Shown in pieces: positions 57,301-64,000 of a DNA stretch of 64,000 nucleotides. Numbering within the stretch: position 1 is the stretch's first letter; each line of letters opens with the position of its first letter. Source of the DNA: Planctomycetota bacterium (GTDB lineage: Bacteria > Planctomycetota > UBA1135 > UBA2386). A program made the translations under genes and the position numbers. Under the pieces are notes generated by a model. That model made no database searches, was not told where the DNA came from, and saw nothing but the letters and a program-made list of their open reading frames with translations. The stretch spans positions 576,001 through 640,000 of the forward strand of contig OZ245006.1 in the NCBI GenBank assembly GCA_965223545.1, read 5' to 3'.

Positions 57301-58483
57301 GGGTCAGCTCAAGCGCCGCTTGCTCGACGCGGTCGAAGCGCGGCTCAAAGCGAGCTTCGTCGCCCGCGGCGACAGTCCCGCGCTGCTCGAACAGCTGTTG
57401 GGTGGCCTCGACGAAAACGCCCTGTTGATCGGCTTCGCCCGGCGGTTCGCGCCCTACAAGCGCGCCGACCTGATGTTCACCGACCGCGACCGCCTGCAGG
57501 CGCTGCTCGACGATACCGAGCGCCCGGTGCGCGTCCTGGTCGCCGGCAAGGCGCACCCGCGTGACGAGCGCGGCAAGGAGATCGTCCGGGCCGTGGTCGA
57601 GCGCAGCCGCGAGCCGGCGTTTCGCGGCCGCGTCATCTTCCTCGAGGACTACGACATGGCGCTCGCGTACGCCCTGGTGTGCGGCGTCGACGTCTGGCTC
57701 AACAACCCGATCCGACCGATGGAGGCGAGCGGCACGTCGGGCATGAAGGCCGCCGCCAACGGCGCCCTCAACCTGTCGGTCAGCGACGGCTGGTGGCCCG
57801 AGGGGTTCGACGGCAACAACGGCTGGGTCATCGGCGACGTCGCCGGCTACGACGATCAAGAGCTGCAGAATCTGGCCGACGCGAGCGCTCTCTACCGCAC
57901 TCTCGAAGAAGAAGTGGTGCCCCTGTACTTCGACCGCGATGCCGCCGGCGTCCCGCAGGGGTGGATGGCGCGCGTGGCCCACACGCTGGCCAGCATCCCG
58001 CCGCAGTTCAACACCGACCGCATGGTCTCCGACTATCTGCGGCAGGCCTACCGGCCGCTGGCCACCGCCTATCACACGCTGGGCGCCGACCACCGCGCCC
58101 TGGCGCAGCACCGCGCGCGCGAGCTCGCGCGGCTGCGCCGCGGCTTCGAGCAGGTCGCCTTCGTGCAGGCACAAGTGGTCGACCTGAGCCAGCTGCGCGT
58201 CGGCGAGGCATTCGAGGTCCGCGCCGAGGTCGAGCTCGGCAGCCTGTCCGCCGAGGACGTCACCGTCGAGCTGGTGCTCGGCCACGCCGACGGGCCGCGC
58301 AACCTGCGCAACCTCACCGCCGTGACGCTGGCGGCGACCGGCCCGGCGCAGGGCAGCGTGGGGGCCTTCTCCGGCACGCACACGCTGGAACGCTCCGGCC
58401 GCTACGCGCACGGCCTTCGCGTCCGCGCGCGCGCTCCGGACCTGCCGGGCGGGCCGATCAACGATCTGGTCGTCTGGGCGTGA
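54308..58483 (+). CDS. glgP: Fusion of GT3-type glycogen synthase-like domain and alpha-glucan phosphorylase (GT35)
   Basis: LFEVSWEVCNK, GRYEFHNKG, PSYYEPWG; then NLWW.W, YSGGLGILAGD.LKSASD, HMNEGH, FARRFAPYKR, EASGTSGMK; TTG start assumed. Confidence 0.9.
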   Translation: MSQPFTLFEVSWEVCNKASGVHTVLASKARSIVDQLGDDYVAVGPWLLSDSDREVPFDEEHGLDAFRDACRAAGTPIRVGRWRVPGRPRTVLVEFSQLYDQRDEILGELWDAFGVDSISGDWDYVEPLLFGWAAGRVLETWREEFLAPRRRRAVVQCHEWLTGSTVLYLRRHVPALATVLTAHGTVLGRALATAEHALQNALAEAEPAELAETHGVTAKHSLEGIATREADVVGTVSDTTARELELLHGRSGAEVLPCGLDLATIAEAATPTAVADAREALLGLARSFLGLADLGDAALIGTAGRYEFHNKGFDLLLDALAELNDQAGRPVVAFLLAPAPNSGVRSEVLERLAGERPADGPLGVCTHNLFDEDRDPIQTHCARLGLDNAPQQRVKVIHLPVFAAADDGLLGQSYDALLGAVHATCFPSYYEPWGLAPQESLAVGVPTVTTDCTGFGRWAREQSLGADAGIWVLDRERAPSPSVVTALTGILEELIGRDLHDTELAQVCRRTAVRFGWPDLIDRYRQAWRRALESLDTRSAQGITQARRPRRRLAVQAAANATEPRLVPFTVSATLPEPLIGLRALARNLWWCWSPHRALFEELSPRAWESSGHNPVAVLQNAYADDLRERAADGDYCARVQRASAELDEYLSQRPQGGTDGPSADRPVAYFCAEFGLHESLPIYSGGLGILAGDHLKSASDLNVPLVAVGLFYRMGYMGQRLTAAGEQVAIDRENDPDRLPLDAVLDPNGEPLHITLKLPGRSLTLRAWTVAVGRVTLYLLDSNVAQNLAEDRDITRNLYGGDAETRIVQEIVLGRGGVRLLRQLDIHPSVYHMNEGHAAFLTLERIARLVREEGLTFDAAREMVRGTTLFTTHTPVPAGHDRFNEDLMRRYFSDAAEWVGLPWERFYALGNDGGEGGEFNMTHLALAFSSWRNGVSKLHGEVSRSLLAGFWPALLESEVPIASVTNGIHLKTWTSPEILTLSATEPAPDPAALWRARGQLKRRLLDAVEARLKASFVARGDSPALLEQLLGGLDENALLIGFARRFAPYKRADLMFTDRDRLQALLDDTERPVRVLVAGKAHPRDERGKEIVRAVVERSREPAFRGRVIFLEDYDMALAYALVCGVDVWLNNPIRPMEASGTSGMKAAANGALNLSVSDGWWPEGFDGNNGWVIGDVAGYDDQELQNLADASALYRTLEEEVVPLYFDRDAAGVPQGWMARVAHTLASIPPQFNTDRMVSDYLRQAYRPLATAYHTLGADHRALAQHRARELARLRRGFEQVAFVQAQVVDLSQLRVGEAFEVRAEVELGSLSAEDVTVELVLGHADGPRNLRNLTAVTLAATGPAQGSVGAFSGTHTLERSGRYAHGLRVRARAPDLPGGPINDLVVWA

Positions 58484-58508
58484 GGCCGGACGTCAACCGG
58501 CGCGGGCG

Positions 58509-60086
58509 TCAGTAGCTGCGCGCGAACAGCCGCGCCCGCTGCGCCTCGGCGACCCAGCGCTCACGCTCGGGCCCCTGGTCCATCATCTCGGCGGCGACCA
58601 CAGCGTCGTCCACCCGGCCGGTGCGCAACGCCACGCGGATCGCTGCCGGCAGGATCCGGCGCCGGTCCTCGGGCTGGCTCAGCGGGTCGAACGAGACCAC
58701 GCCGGCGATGAAGTCGTGCAGGGCCCGATCCTTGCGGAACAGCTCGAACCGCGTGTGGCCGTGGGTCGCCTCGCGGCCGGGACGCTTGCCGTAGCTGCAG
58801 AACGCCTCGACCCCCTGGCCGAAGTACTCGGCCTCGTTGTTGGCGGCGTAGTAGTCCAAGCAGAGATCGTCCCGCATCGCCACCTCGTAGAGCTCGGTGA
58901 TCCGCAGCCGCTGGCTGCGCGGGAACGCATAGAGGTGGGCCTGGTGCGCGATCTCGTGCACCAGCGTGTCGAAGCCGAACAACAGCACGTCGTCGAGCGA
59001 CTCGATGCCGGTCGCCGCCCGCAGACCGCCGATGCCGCGCACGTCGTCCCACAGCCGGCCGTCGAACGTGTGCTTTCCGCGCAGCATCGCGCGCGCCGGA
59101 TCCGCCGTCGTGCGCTCCAGCTCCGCCAGCAAGTCGTGGCGCCCACCCATGGCCACCAGCCGCGGCATCGCCGCCGCGAACGTGCCCATGGCGCGCGCCG
59201 CGACGCGCTGGCGCACCGGGTCGAGGTCGGCATAGGCCGGCATGAACTTCGCGACCCACAACCCCGAGACCTCCGGCACCGGCAGCGCCGCCGCCAGCGC
59301 GCGAAACTCGGGGCTATCGACCGCCACCGTGGCCTCGGCCTTGCGCCGCAGCAGCGCCTCGCCGAGCAATCGATGCACCACCGCGTGACCCAGGTGCTCG
59401 TCGAGAACCGCGCGAAACAAGCCGACCGCGCCGTCGAAGTCGCGGGCCCGCAATGCCGCGACGCCGGCGGCGAGGCCATCCGGCAGGACTCCCTCCGCGG
59501 TCAGCGGACTCAGCCCCGATCCCAATCGGATGTGCGCCTCGGCATGCAGTGGGTCGTGGCGCAGCACTTCCTCGTAGGCCGCCGCGGACTCCGCGATGCG
59601 CTGCACGCGAAACAGCGCCGACGCCCGCGCCGCCCAGAGCTCGGCCCCGGCCGGCGACGCCGCGTCGAGCAGCCGAGCCGACTCCTCGACGGCGCGGGCG
59701 AAGCGCCGCTGGCGGAGCAGCGCGCGCACCAGGAGCGCCGCCGCCCGCTGATCGCCGGGAGCAACCTCCAGCGCCGCCTCCGCGTACGCCACCGCCAGCT
59801 CGGGCGCGGCCATCTTGAGATGCACCTCGCCGAGACCGAGCAACCCCGCCGGATGTCCCGGCGCCCGGGCCCGCAGCTGGCGAAATGCGCGCAGCGCGCC
59901 CACCACGTCCTCGCGCTCGAGCAGGTCACGCCCCACCACCGACAGATGGCGGACGTCGCCACCGGCGGCTTCGGCGCGGGGCGCGGGGCTCTGGCCGGCC
60001 ACCGGCCCGAGCGCCAGCCACCCGACCACCAGCGACCACGGCCAGCGCGTCCGCCGTGGTGGCCTGCTTCCCCGCCCCGGATTCAT
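58509..60086 (-). CDS. Secreted TPR protein with C-terminal zincin (lethal-factor/M34-like) domain
   Basis: Signal peptide, TPR-like helices, WDDVRGIGG, LVHEIAH, YAANNEAEYFGQG. Confidence 0.72.
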   Translation of the reverse strand: MNPGRGSRPPRRTRWPWSLVVGWLALGPVAGQSPAPRAEAAGGDVRHLSVVGRDLLEREDVVGALRAFRQLRARAPGHPAGLLGLGEVHLKMAAPELAVAYAEAALEVAPGDQRAAALLVRALLRQRRFARAVEESARLLDAASPAGAELWAARASALFRVQRIAESAAAYEEVLRHDPLHAEAHIRLGSGLSPLTAEGVLPDGLAAGVAALRARDFDGAVGLFRAVLDEHLGHAVVHRLLGEALLRRKAEATVAVDSPEFRALAAALPVPEVSGLWVAKFMPAYADLDPVRQRVAARAMGTFAAAMPRLVAMGGRHDLLAELERTTADPARAMLRGKHTFDGRLWDDVRGIGGLRAATGIESLDDVLLFGFDTLVHEIAHQAHLYAFPRSQRLRITELYEVAMRDDLCLDYYAANNEAEYFGQGVEAFCSYGKRPGREATHGHTRFELFRKDRALHDFIAGVVSFDPLSQPEDRRRILPAAIRVALRTGRVDDAVVAAEMMDQGPERERWVAEAQRARLFARSY

Positions 60087-60198
60087 CCGGTTCTGTTCAT
60101 CGGGAACCAGTGGGGCGTCGCAAGAGTTCGCATGGAAAGTCCGCGCCCCTGGACGGCGCTCGCGGTGCAAGAGCCGTGGCGATTTCCGCCAGAACGCG

Positions 60199-61290
60199 CT
60201 ACCGCGGGCGGCCCAGCACCCGGATCTCGAGCACGTCCAGCTCGCGCACCCGGTCCCCGGACGGCCGCGCCTTGCCACCGCGCAAGCCCAGCTCGAAACC
60301 GTCGTACATCGACAGGTCGTAGCGCCCACTGCTGCAAGTCACGACAAACATCAACTTGCCGCCCTTCTCCAGGGTGAAGTAGTCGCCGGAACGGACACTG
60401 CGGTGCAGCCGCAGCCAACCGATGGCGTCGAACTCGTCGCGCGGGTCCTCGACCTTCGGCGGCAGGATCTCCGCCGCCTCGTCGCGGGTCGGCAGCGGCT
60501 CGACCACCGCGTTGAGCGCCCGCACGACCAGCTCCTGCCGCTCGATCTCGCCGACCAGGGTCCGCGCGCGCAAGGCCAGCGGACCGTCGTCGTCGAGGCT
60601 CGCCGCCAAGGCCTTGACGTCCGCCAACAGCGGGCCGTAGGTCTGCTCGGCGGTCGGCTTTTGCTGCTCGCCGTCGAACCGCTGCACGAACCCGTCGAGC
60701 TCCAGCTCCTGGGCGGCGCGCCGCTCGGCGGCGGCAGCCGCCGCGGCCCGCTCCTCCACGGCCGTGCGCCACTCCGCGCGGCGCTGGGCGTCGAACTCCC
60801 GGTAGCCGTCGACCAGCGCCTGGGTCTGGGTGTCGAAGACCACCACGTCGGCGTCGGCAACGTAGGCGGGTGCGCCGGCGTGCCGCACTTTCCACCAATC
60901 GCCGGCGTCCGCCATCAGCATCAGCTCGGTCCCCTTGGGCAGCACCATCGCCGGCACCTCCGACGACTTCGCCCGGTAGCGGAACGAGACGTTGCTGCCG
61001 GTCGTCAACACGACGCCGTCGACGGGCTCGCTGCTGAACTTCTTGTGGACGTAGCCGGTGGCTCCCAACGGCAGCAGCAGGCGACGGTAGTCACCGACCT
61101 TCTCGCCGACCTGCACCACGGTGTCGGCGGGAAGCAAGTCGTCGTACGACGGCGACTTCGGCCCCGCGAAACAACGCGCCTGCACCTCGTTGAGCACTTT
61201 CGCGTAACTGATGGCCGGCTCGGCCGGATCCTGCGCGCTCGGTGCCGGCGCGAACAGCAGCGCCAGCACAACAGCTCGTGTCGCGTTCAT
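60199..61290 (-). CDS. Secreted protein with two SH3b-like domains and coiled coil
   Basis: GGAGG RBS; signal peptide; G.VHKKF, NVSFRYR...LPKGTEL...GDWWKV...YV. Confidence 0.65.
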   Translation of the reverse strand: MNATRAVVLALLFAPAPSAQDPAEPAISYAKVLNEVQARCFAGPKSPSYDDLLPADTVVQVGEKVGDYRRLLLPLGATGYVHKKFSSEPVDGVVLTTGSNVSFRYRAKSSEVPAMVLPKGTELMLMADAGDWWKVRHAGAPAYVADADVVVFDTQTQALVDGYREFDAQRRAEWRTAVEERAAAAAAAERRAAQELELDGFVQRFDGEQQKPTAEQTYGPLLADVKALAASLDDDGPLALRARTLVGEIERQELVVRALNAVVEPLPTRDEAAEILPPKVEDPRDEFDAIGWLRLHRSVRSGDYFTLEKGGKLMFVVTCSSGRYDLSMYDGFELGLRGGKARPSGDRVRELDVLEIRVLGRPR

Positions 61291-61483
61291 CGGTCCTCCC
61301 AGGATGTCGTTGCCCAGTCCGGTGGCGCGGCCCCCGGCCAGACCGCCGGCAGCACCCCCACCGCGCGCATGATAGTTGCCCGCCCCACCCCGACCCACCC
61401 CTTTTGTCGTGGAACCGGGCGGCGGGCGCGCCGCCCCGGGCCGCTGCTGGGCGCCGGCGCCGCCAACCGATACAAGTGGGGTG

Positions 61484-61927
61484 ATGCCACGCCTTGCCGC
61501 CCTCCTCCTGCTGCCGCTGCTCGCCGGCTGCACCTACCTGTCGGGCGACCCACACGTGATGGTGACCAGCACCCCGGCCGGCGCCGAGATCCTGCTCGAC
61601 GGCCAGCCCACCGGCCGCACCACCCCGGCCAAGCTCGAGCTCGGCGGCATGCTCGGCGGCAACCACCGCATCAGCCTGCGCAAGCGAGGCTACGCGCCCG
61701 AGACCCGCGAGGTCTTGCACTACAGCACCGGCTACACCTCGCGCTGGGTCGACGGTGTGGCCGACGTGACGCTGCCGGCGTTTCCGCTGTTCTGGACGTT
61801 CGGTGACATGGTGACTCCGTTCGCGCGCCGCTGGCAGTACGTGCCCCACGAGCTGCACGTGCGATTGTACGAGGAGGGGACGCAGCCGGTCAGCGCGGAC
61901 GACGGCGGCGATGCTCCGCCGCAGTGA
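61484..61927 (+). CDS. PEGA-domain lipoprotein
   Basis: Lipobox LAGC; VTSTPAGAEILLDG..TG.TTP...H.ISLRKRGY. Confidence 0.85.
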   Translation: MPRLAALLLLPLLAGCTYLSGDPHVMVTSTPAGAEILLDGQPTGRTTPAKLELGGMLGGNHRISLRKRGYAPETREVLHYSTGYTSRWVDGVADVTLPAFPLFWTFGDMVTPFARRWQYVPHELHVRLYEEGTQPVSADDGGDAPPQ

Positions 61928-62016
61928 GCTGCCGGGAATCCTCGCGGCGACAACCTTTCCGAAGGCCCGCAGTCGTCAGCGCTTCGATACCGCAACGCCC
62001 GGACGCTCAACAGCAC
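61925..62016 (-). repeat. Repeat copy R6 (right half, inverted; R1 subtype)
   Basis: Reverse complement gagcgtccgggcgttgcggtatcgaagcgctgacgactgcgggccttcggaaaggttgtcgccgcg...gctca matches 1072-1163. Confidence 0.85.
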
Positions 62017-62036
62017 GGTCCAGCGACCACAACTGG

Positions 62037-62456
62037 TTAGTTGCGGTCGTCCTCGAGGCGATCCCGCACGCCGCGCACGAACGCCAGCAGGTCATCGAGG
62101 TTCTGCTCAACGATGCCACGAAGGACTCGCGCGTCGACCACCAGGTAGCGATGGACGACAATGTTGCGGAAGCCGACGATCCGCTTCCACAGATCCACAC
62201 TCGCAGCATCGATCCAGCCGTCGGAAGCAACGAGACGGAACAACTCCCGATTCGTCCGCGGCTCACCCAGCCGCCGCTCGGCCACGATGATCGCCGCCAC
62301 GTCGATCGCGGCCTGGATCGCCGTCTGCAGGGTGTGTGCAACGAAGCCAAATTGGACCGGATCTGTCTCGATCGCCTCCGTATTGCCGTACCGGCGCAGA
62401 CGCTCCACCGCCTCGACAACATGCGCAGCATGCTTCTCGATCAGGCGCGCGTCCAT
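62037..62456 (-). CDS. hepT: HEPN (DUF86) RNase toxin
   Basis: GFRNIVVHRY = RX4HXY; LQTAIQAAIDVA; TGATG coupling to the upstream gene. Confidence 0.9.
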   Translation of the reverse strand: MDARLIEKHAAHVVEAVERLRRYGNTEAIETDPVQFGFVAHTLQTAIQAAIDVAAIIVAERRLGEPRTNRELFRLVASDGWIDAASVDLWKRIVGFRNIVVHRYLVVDARVLRGIVEQNLDDLLAFVRGVRDRLEDDRN

Positions 62457-62863
62457 CAAGCACCCCGCAGCAGGGTCCTGCGATATCGGTCGAGAATGGG
62501 CAGCAGATCCCAATACGCGTTGCGCGCGGCCACCTCGAACTCGATGCGCTCGCCATGATGGGCGTCCACCAGCAGGACCCCGTCGCGCAGCACACGGAAC
62601 AGAAGGTCCGGCGGGGCTCCGTTCGCGACGACGACGTCAACGTCACACTGCAACTCCTCCTCGAGATCGGCCTGTAGCTCGGCGATCGCAAGGAGGTCGT
62701 GGGTCGAAGGCTCCAGACAGTCCGCCAGCAGAATCGCGACATCTACATCGCTTCGCGGACCGGCATCGCCGCGAGCGCGGCTACCGAACAGCCACGCCGC
62801 CGCGAGGCCATCATGGCGGCCGAGCCGGTCCTTCACCGTGTCGACGACCAGAGATTCGTGCAC
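62456..62863 (-). CDS. mntA: Minimal nucleotidyltransferase antitoxin
   Basis: WLFGSRARG....SDVDVA (GSX10DXD), VDVV. Confidence 0.9.
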   Translation of the reverse strand: MHESLVVDTVKDRLGRHDGLAAAWLFGSRARGDAGPRSDVDVAILLADCLEPSTHDLLAIAELQADLEEELQCDVDVVVANGAPPDLLFRVLRDGVLLVDAHHGERIEFEVAARNAYWDLLPILDRYRRTLLRGA

Positions 62864-62921
62864 GACCTCGAATGATAGCGACAGATCCGCCCCGGGGCGC
62901 GCAACGATTGTCGACGAGGCC

Positions 62922-63158
62922 TCAGGTCTCGCTGCGCGCCGCCTTGAGCGTGCGCAGCGCGGCGATGCTGCCGCCCACGACCATCACGCCACCGATCACC
63001 GCCAGGGTGGGCATCGCGTCGGAGTCCGGAAACACGACGGTCACGATTGCCGCCACGGCAGCTCCGATCGCCACGACCGTACAGCTGAGGTAGAAGCCGA
63101 TCAGGCCGGGCGACCAGGTGGTGGGTTCGCCGCGCATTCCGTTCGTGCCGTCAGTCAT
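62922..63158 (-). CDS. Small 2-TM membrane protein
   Basis: Two hydrophobic segments; fills the gap between co-oriented genes. Confidence 0.5.
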   Translation of the reverse strand: MTDGTNGMRGEPTTWSPGLIGFYLSCTVVAIGAAVAAIVTVVFPDSDAMPTLAVIGGVMVVGGSIAALRTLKAARSET

Positions 63159-63219
63159 CGACGCGCGCACCATACGGGGACCGCGGATGCCGCGCCAGTC
63201 AGCGGGGAGTCAGGGCCGG

Positions 63220-64000
63220 TCAGGGCAAGTATCGCGACAACCGCGCACCCAGCGAGGAGGCGACGAACGGCGGCAGCCGTGACCACAGCTGCTGCGGCAG
63301 CTTGAGTCTGGGATTGCTCGGGTGGAACTCGGGGATCGTCGCGCTCTCGTCGAGCAGCACGTACTCGTAGGCCAGTGGCTCGGGGACGAAGCCCATGTTC
63401 TTCTTGAACTTCGCCGGCCCGGTGTCGCGACGGCTCCGGCCGAAGTCGAAGGTGTGGAAGCCCCGCTCGACGGCCCACTGCATGATCATCGCGTAGATGA
63501 AGTCGTTGACGCCGGTACGGTTGACGTTGGGGCCGGTGCCGGAGTAGTAGGCGCAGAGCGTGCCGTTGAAGCTGAAGCTCATCACCGCGGCGAGTGCCCG
63601 CCCCTCCGGGTCGCGGGCAGCGTGGATCACCACCATCGAGCCGAACTCCTCGAGCAGAGCGGCGAACCACCGCCGCGGCAGCGACGGCGATCCCAGGCGG
63701 CGCTTGTTCCGCGCGAACAAGCCGTAGAACTCGTCGACATCGCGCGATTCGCTGACCTTCAGGTGAAAGCGGTCCCGCGCGCGCCGCACCTCGGCCCGCG
63801 CCTTCTTCGGGATCGCCGGCAACACCTGCTCCGGATCCGCCGGCAGCTCCTTGCGGAACGTCACGTACAGGCCGGATTGTGGCAGCTCGAGCCCACTCTG
63901 CTCCTGGTGGCGCAGCTCGACGTAGCGCGCGCCGGCCTCCCGGCCGTGCATGCGCGCGGCGCGCAGCAGCACCTCGTCCTCGTCGCCCCCACCGGAGAGC
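63220..64000 (-). CDS. FemAB-like/GNAT-fold protein (5' part outside window)
   Basis: YVELR, IPKKARAEVRRA, RLGSP, YYSG, FDFGRSRRDTG..KFKKNMGF.PEPL.Y, P.NPR. Confidence 0.82.
   Translation of the reverse strand, partial: LSGGGDEDEVLLRAARMHGREAGARYVELRHQEQSGLELPQSGLYVTFRKELPADPEQVLPAIPKKARAEVRRARDRFHLKVSESRDVDEFYGLFARNKRRLGSPSLPRRWFAALLEEFGSMVVIHAARDPEGRALAAVMSFSFNGTLCAYYSGTGPNVNRTGVNDFIYAMIMQWAVERGFHTFDFGRSRRDTGPAKFKKNMGFVPEPLAYEYVLLDESATIPEFHPSNPRLKLPQQLWSRLPPFVASSLGARLSRYLP

Noticed and set aside
61925..62045. Repeats as integron attC sites (IS1111 members can target attC)
   Set aside because: No consistent RYYYAAC...GTTRRRY ends, no integrase, and neighbouring genes are not co-oriented cassettes.

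Overview
High-GC bacterial chromosomal region with about 40 genes. The gene content (Hanks Ser/Thr kinases with TPR or WD40 tails, ECF sigma factors, a sulfatase, many secreted kelch/FG-GAP proteins) suggests Planctomycetota; this is an inference. The main result is a complete IS110-family, IS1111-type element (38435-39910). It has a DEDD recombinase, 17-bp sub-terminal inverted repeats and a ~300-nt 3' non-coding end. That end folds by eye into a bridge/seekRNA whose guide segments match both the insertion target (CCGGAGG-CT-CGA) and the element's own circle junction (ATCCCAT-CT-TCCAT). The target lies inside a ~200-bp palindromic, CTCA-bounded repeat family with six full or partial copies here, two of which carry intact empty target sites. 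Removing the IS and then the repeat restores the N-terminus of an interrupted lipoprotein-like gene. Other points of interest are a shared Cys-containing C-terminal domain on several secreted proteins, Gln at +1 after most signal peptides, a glycogen synthase-phosphorylase fusion, an FG-GAP/ASPIC-M1 peptidase fusion, a dead beta-lactamase-fold protein and an MNT-HEPN toxin-antitoxin pair. All calls come from manual motif reading; no database searches or folding programs were run.
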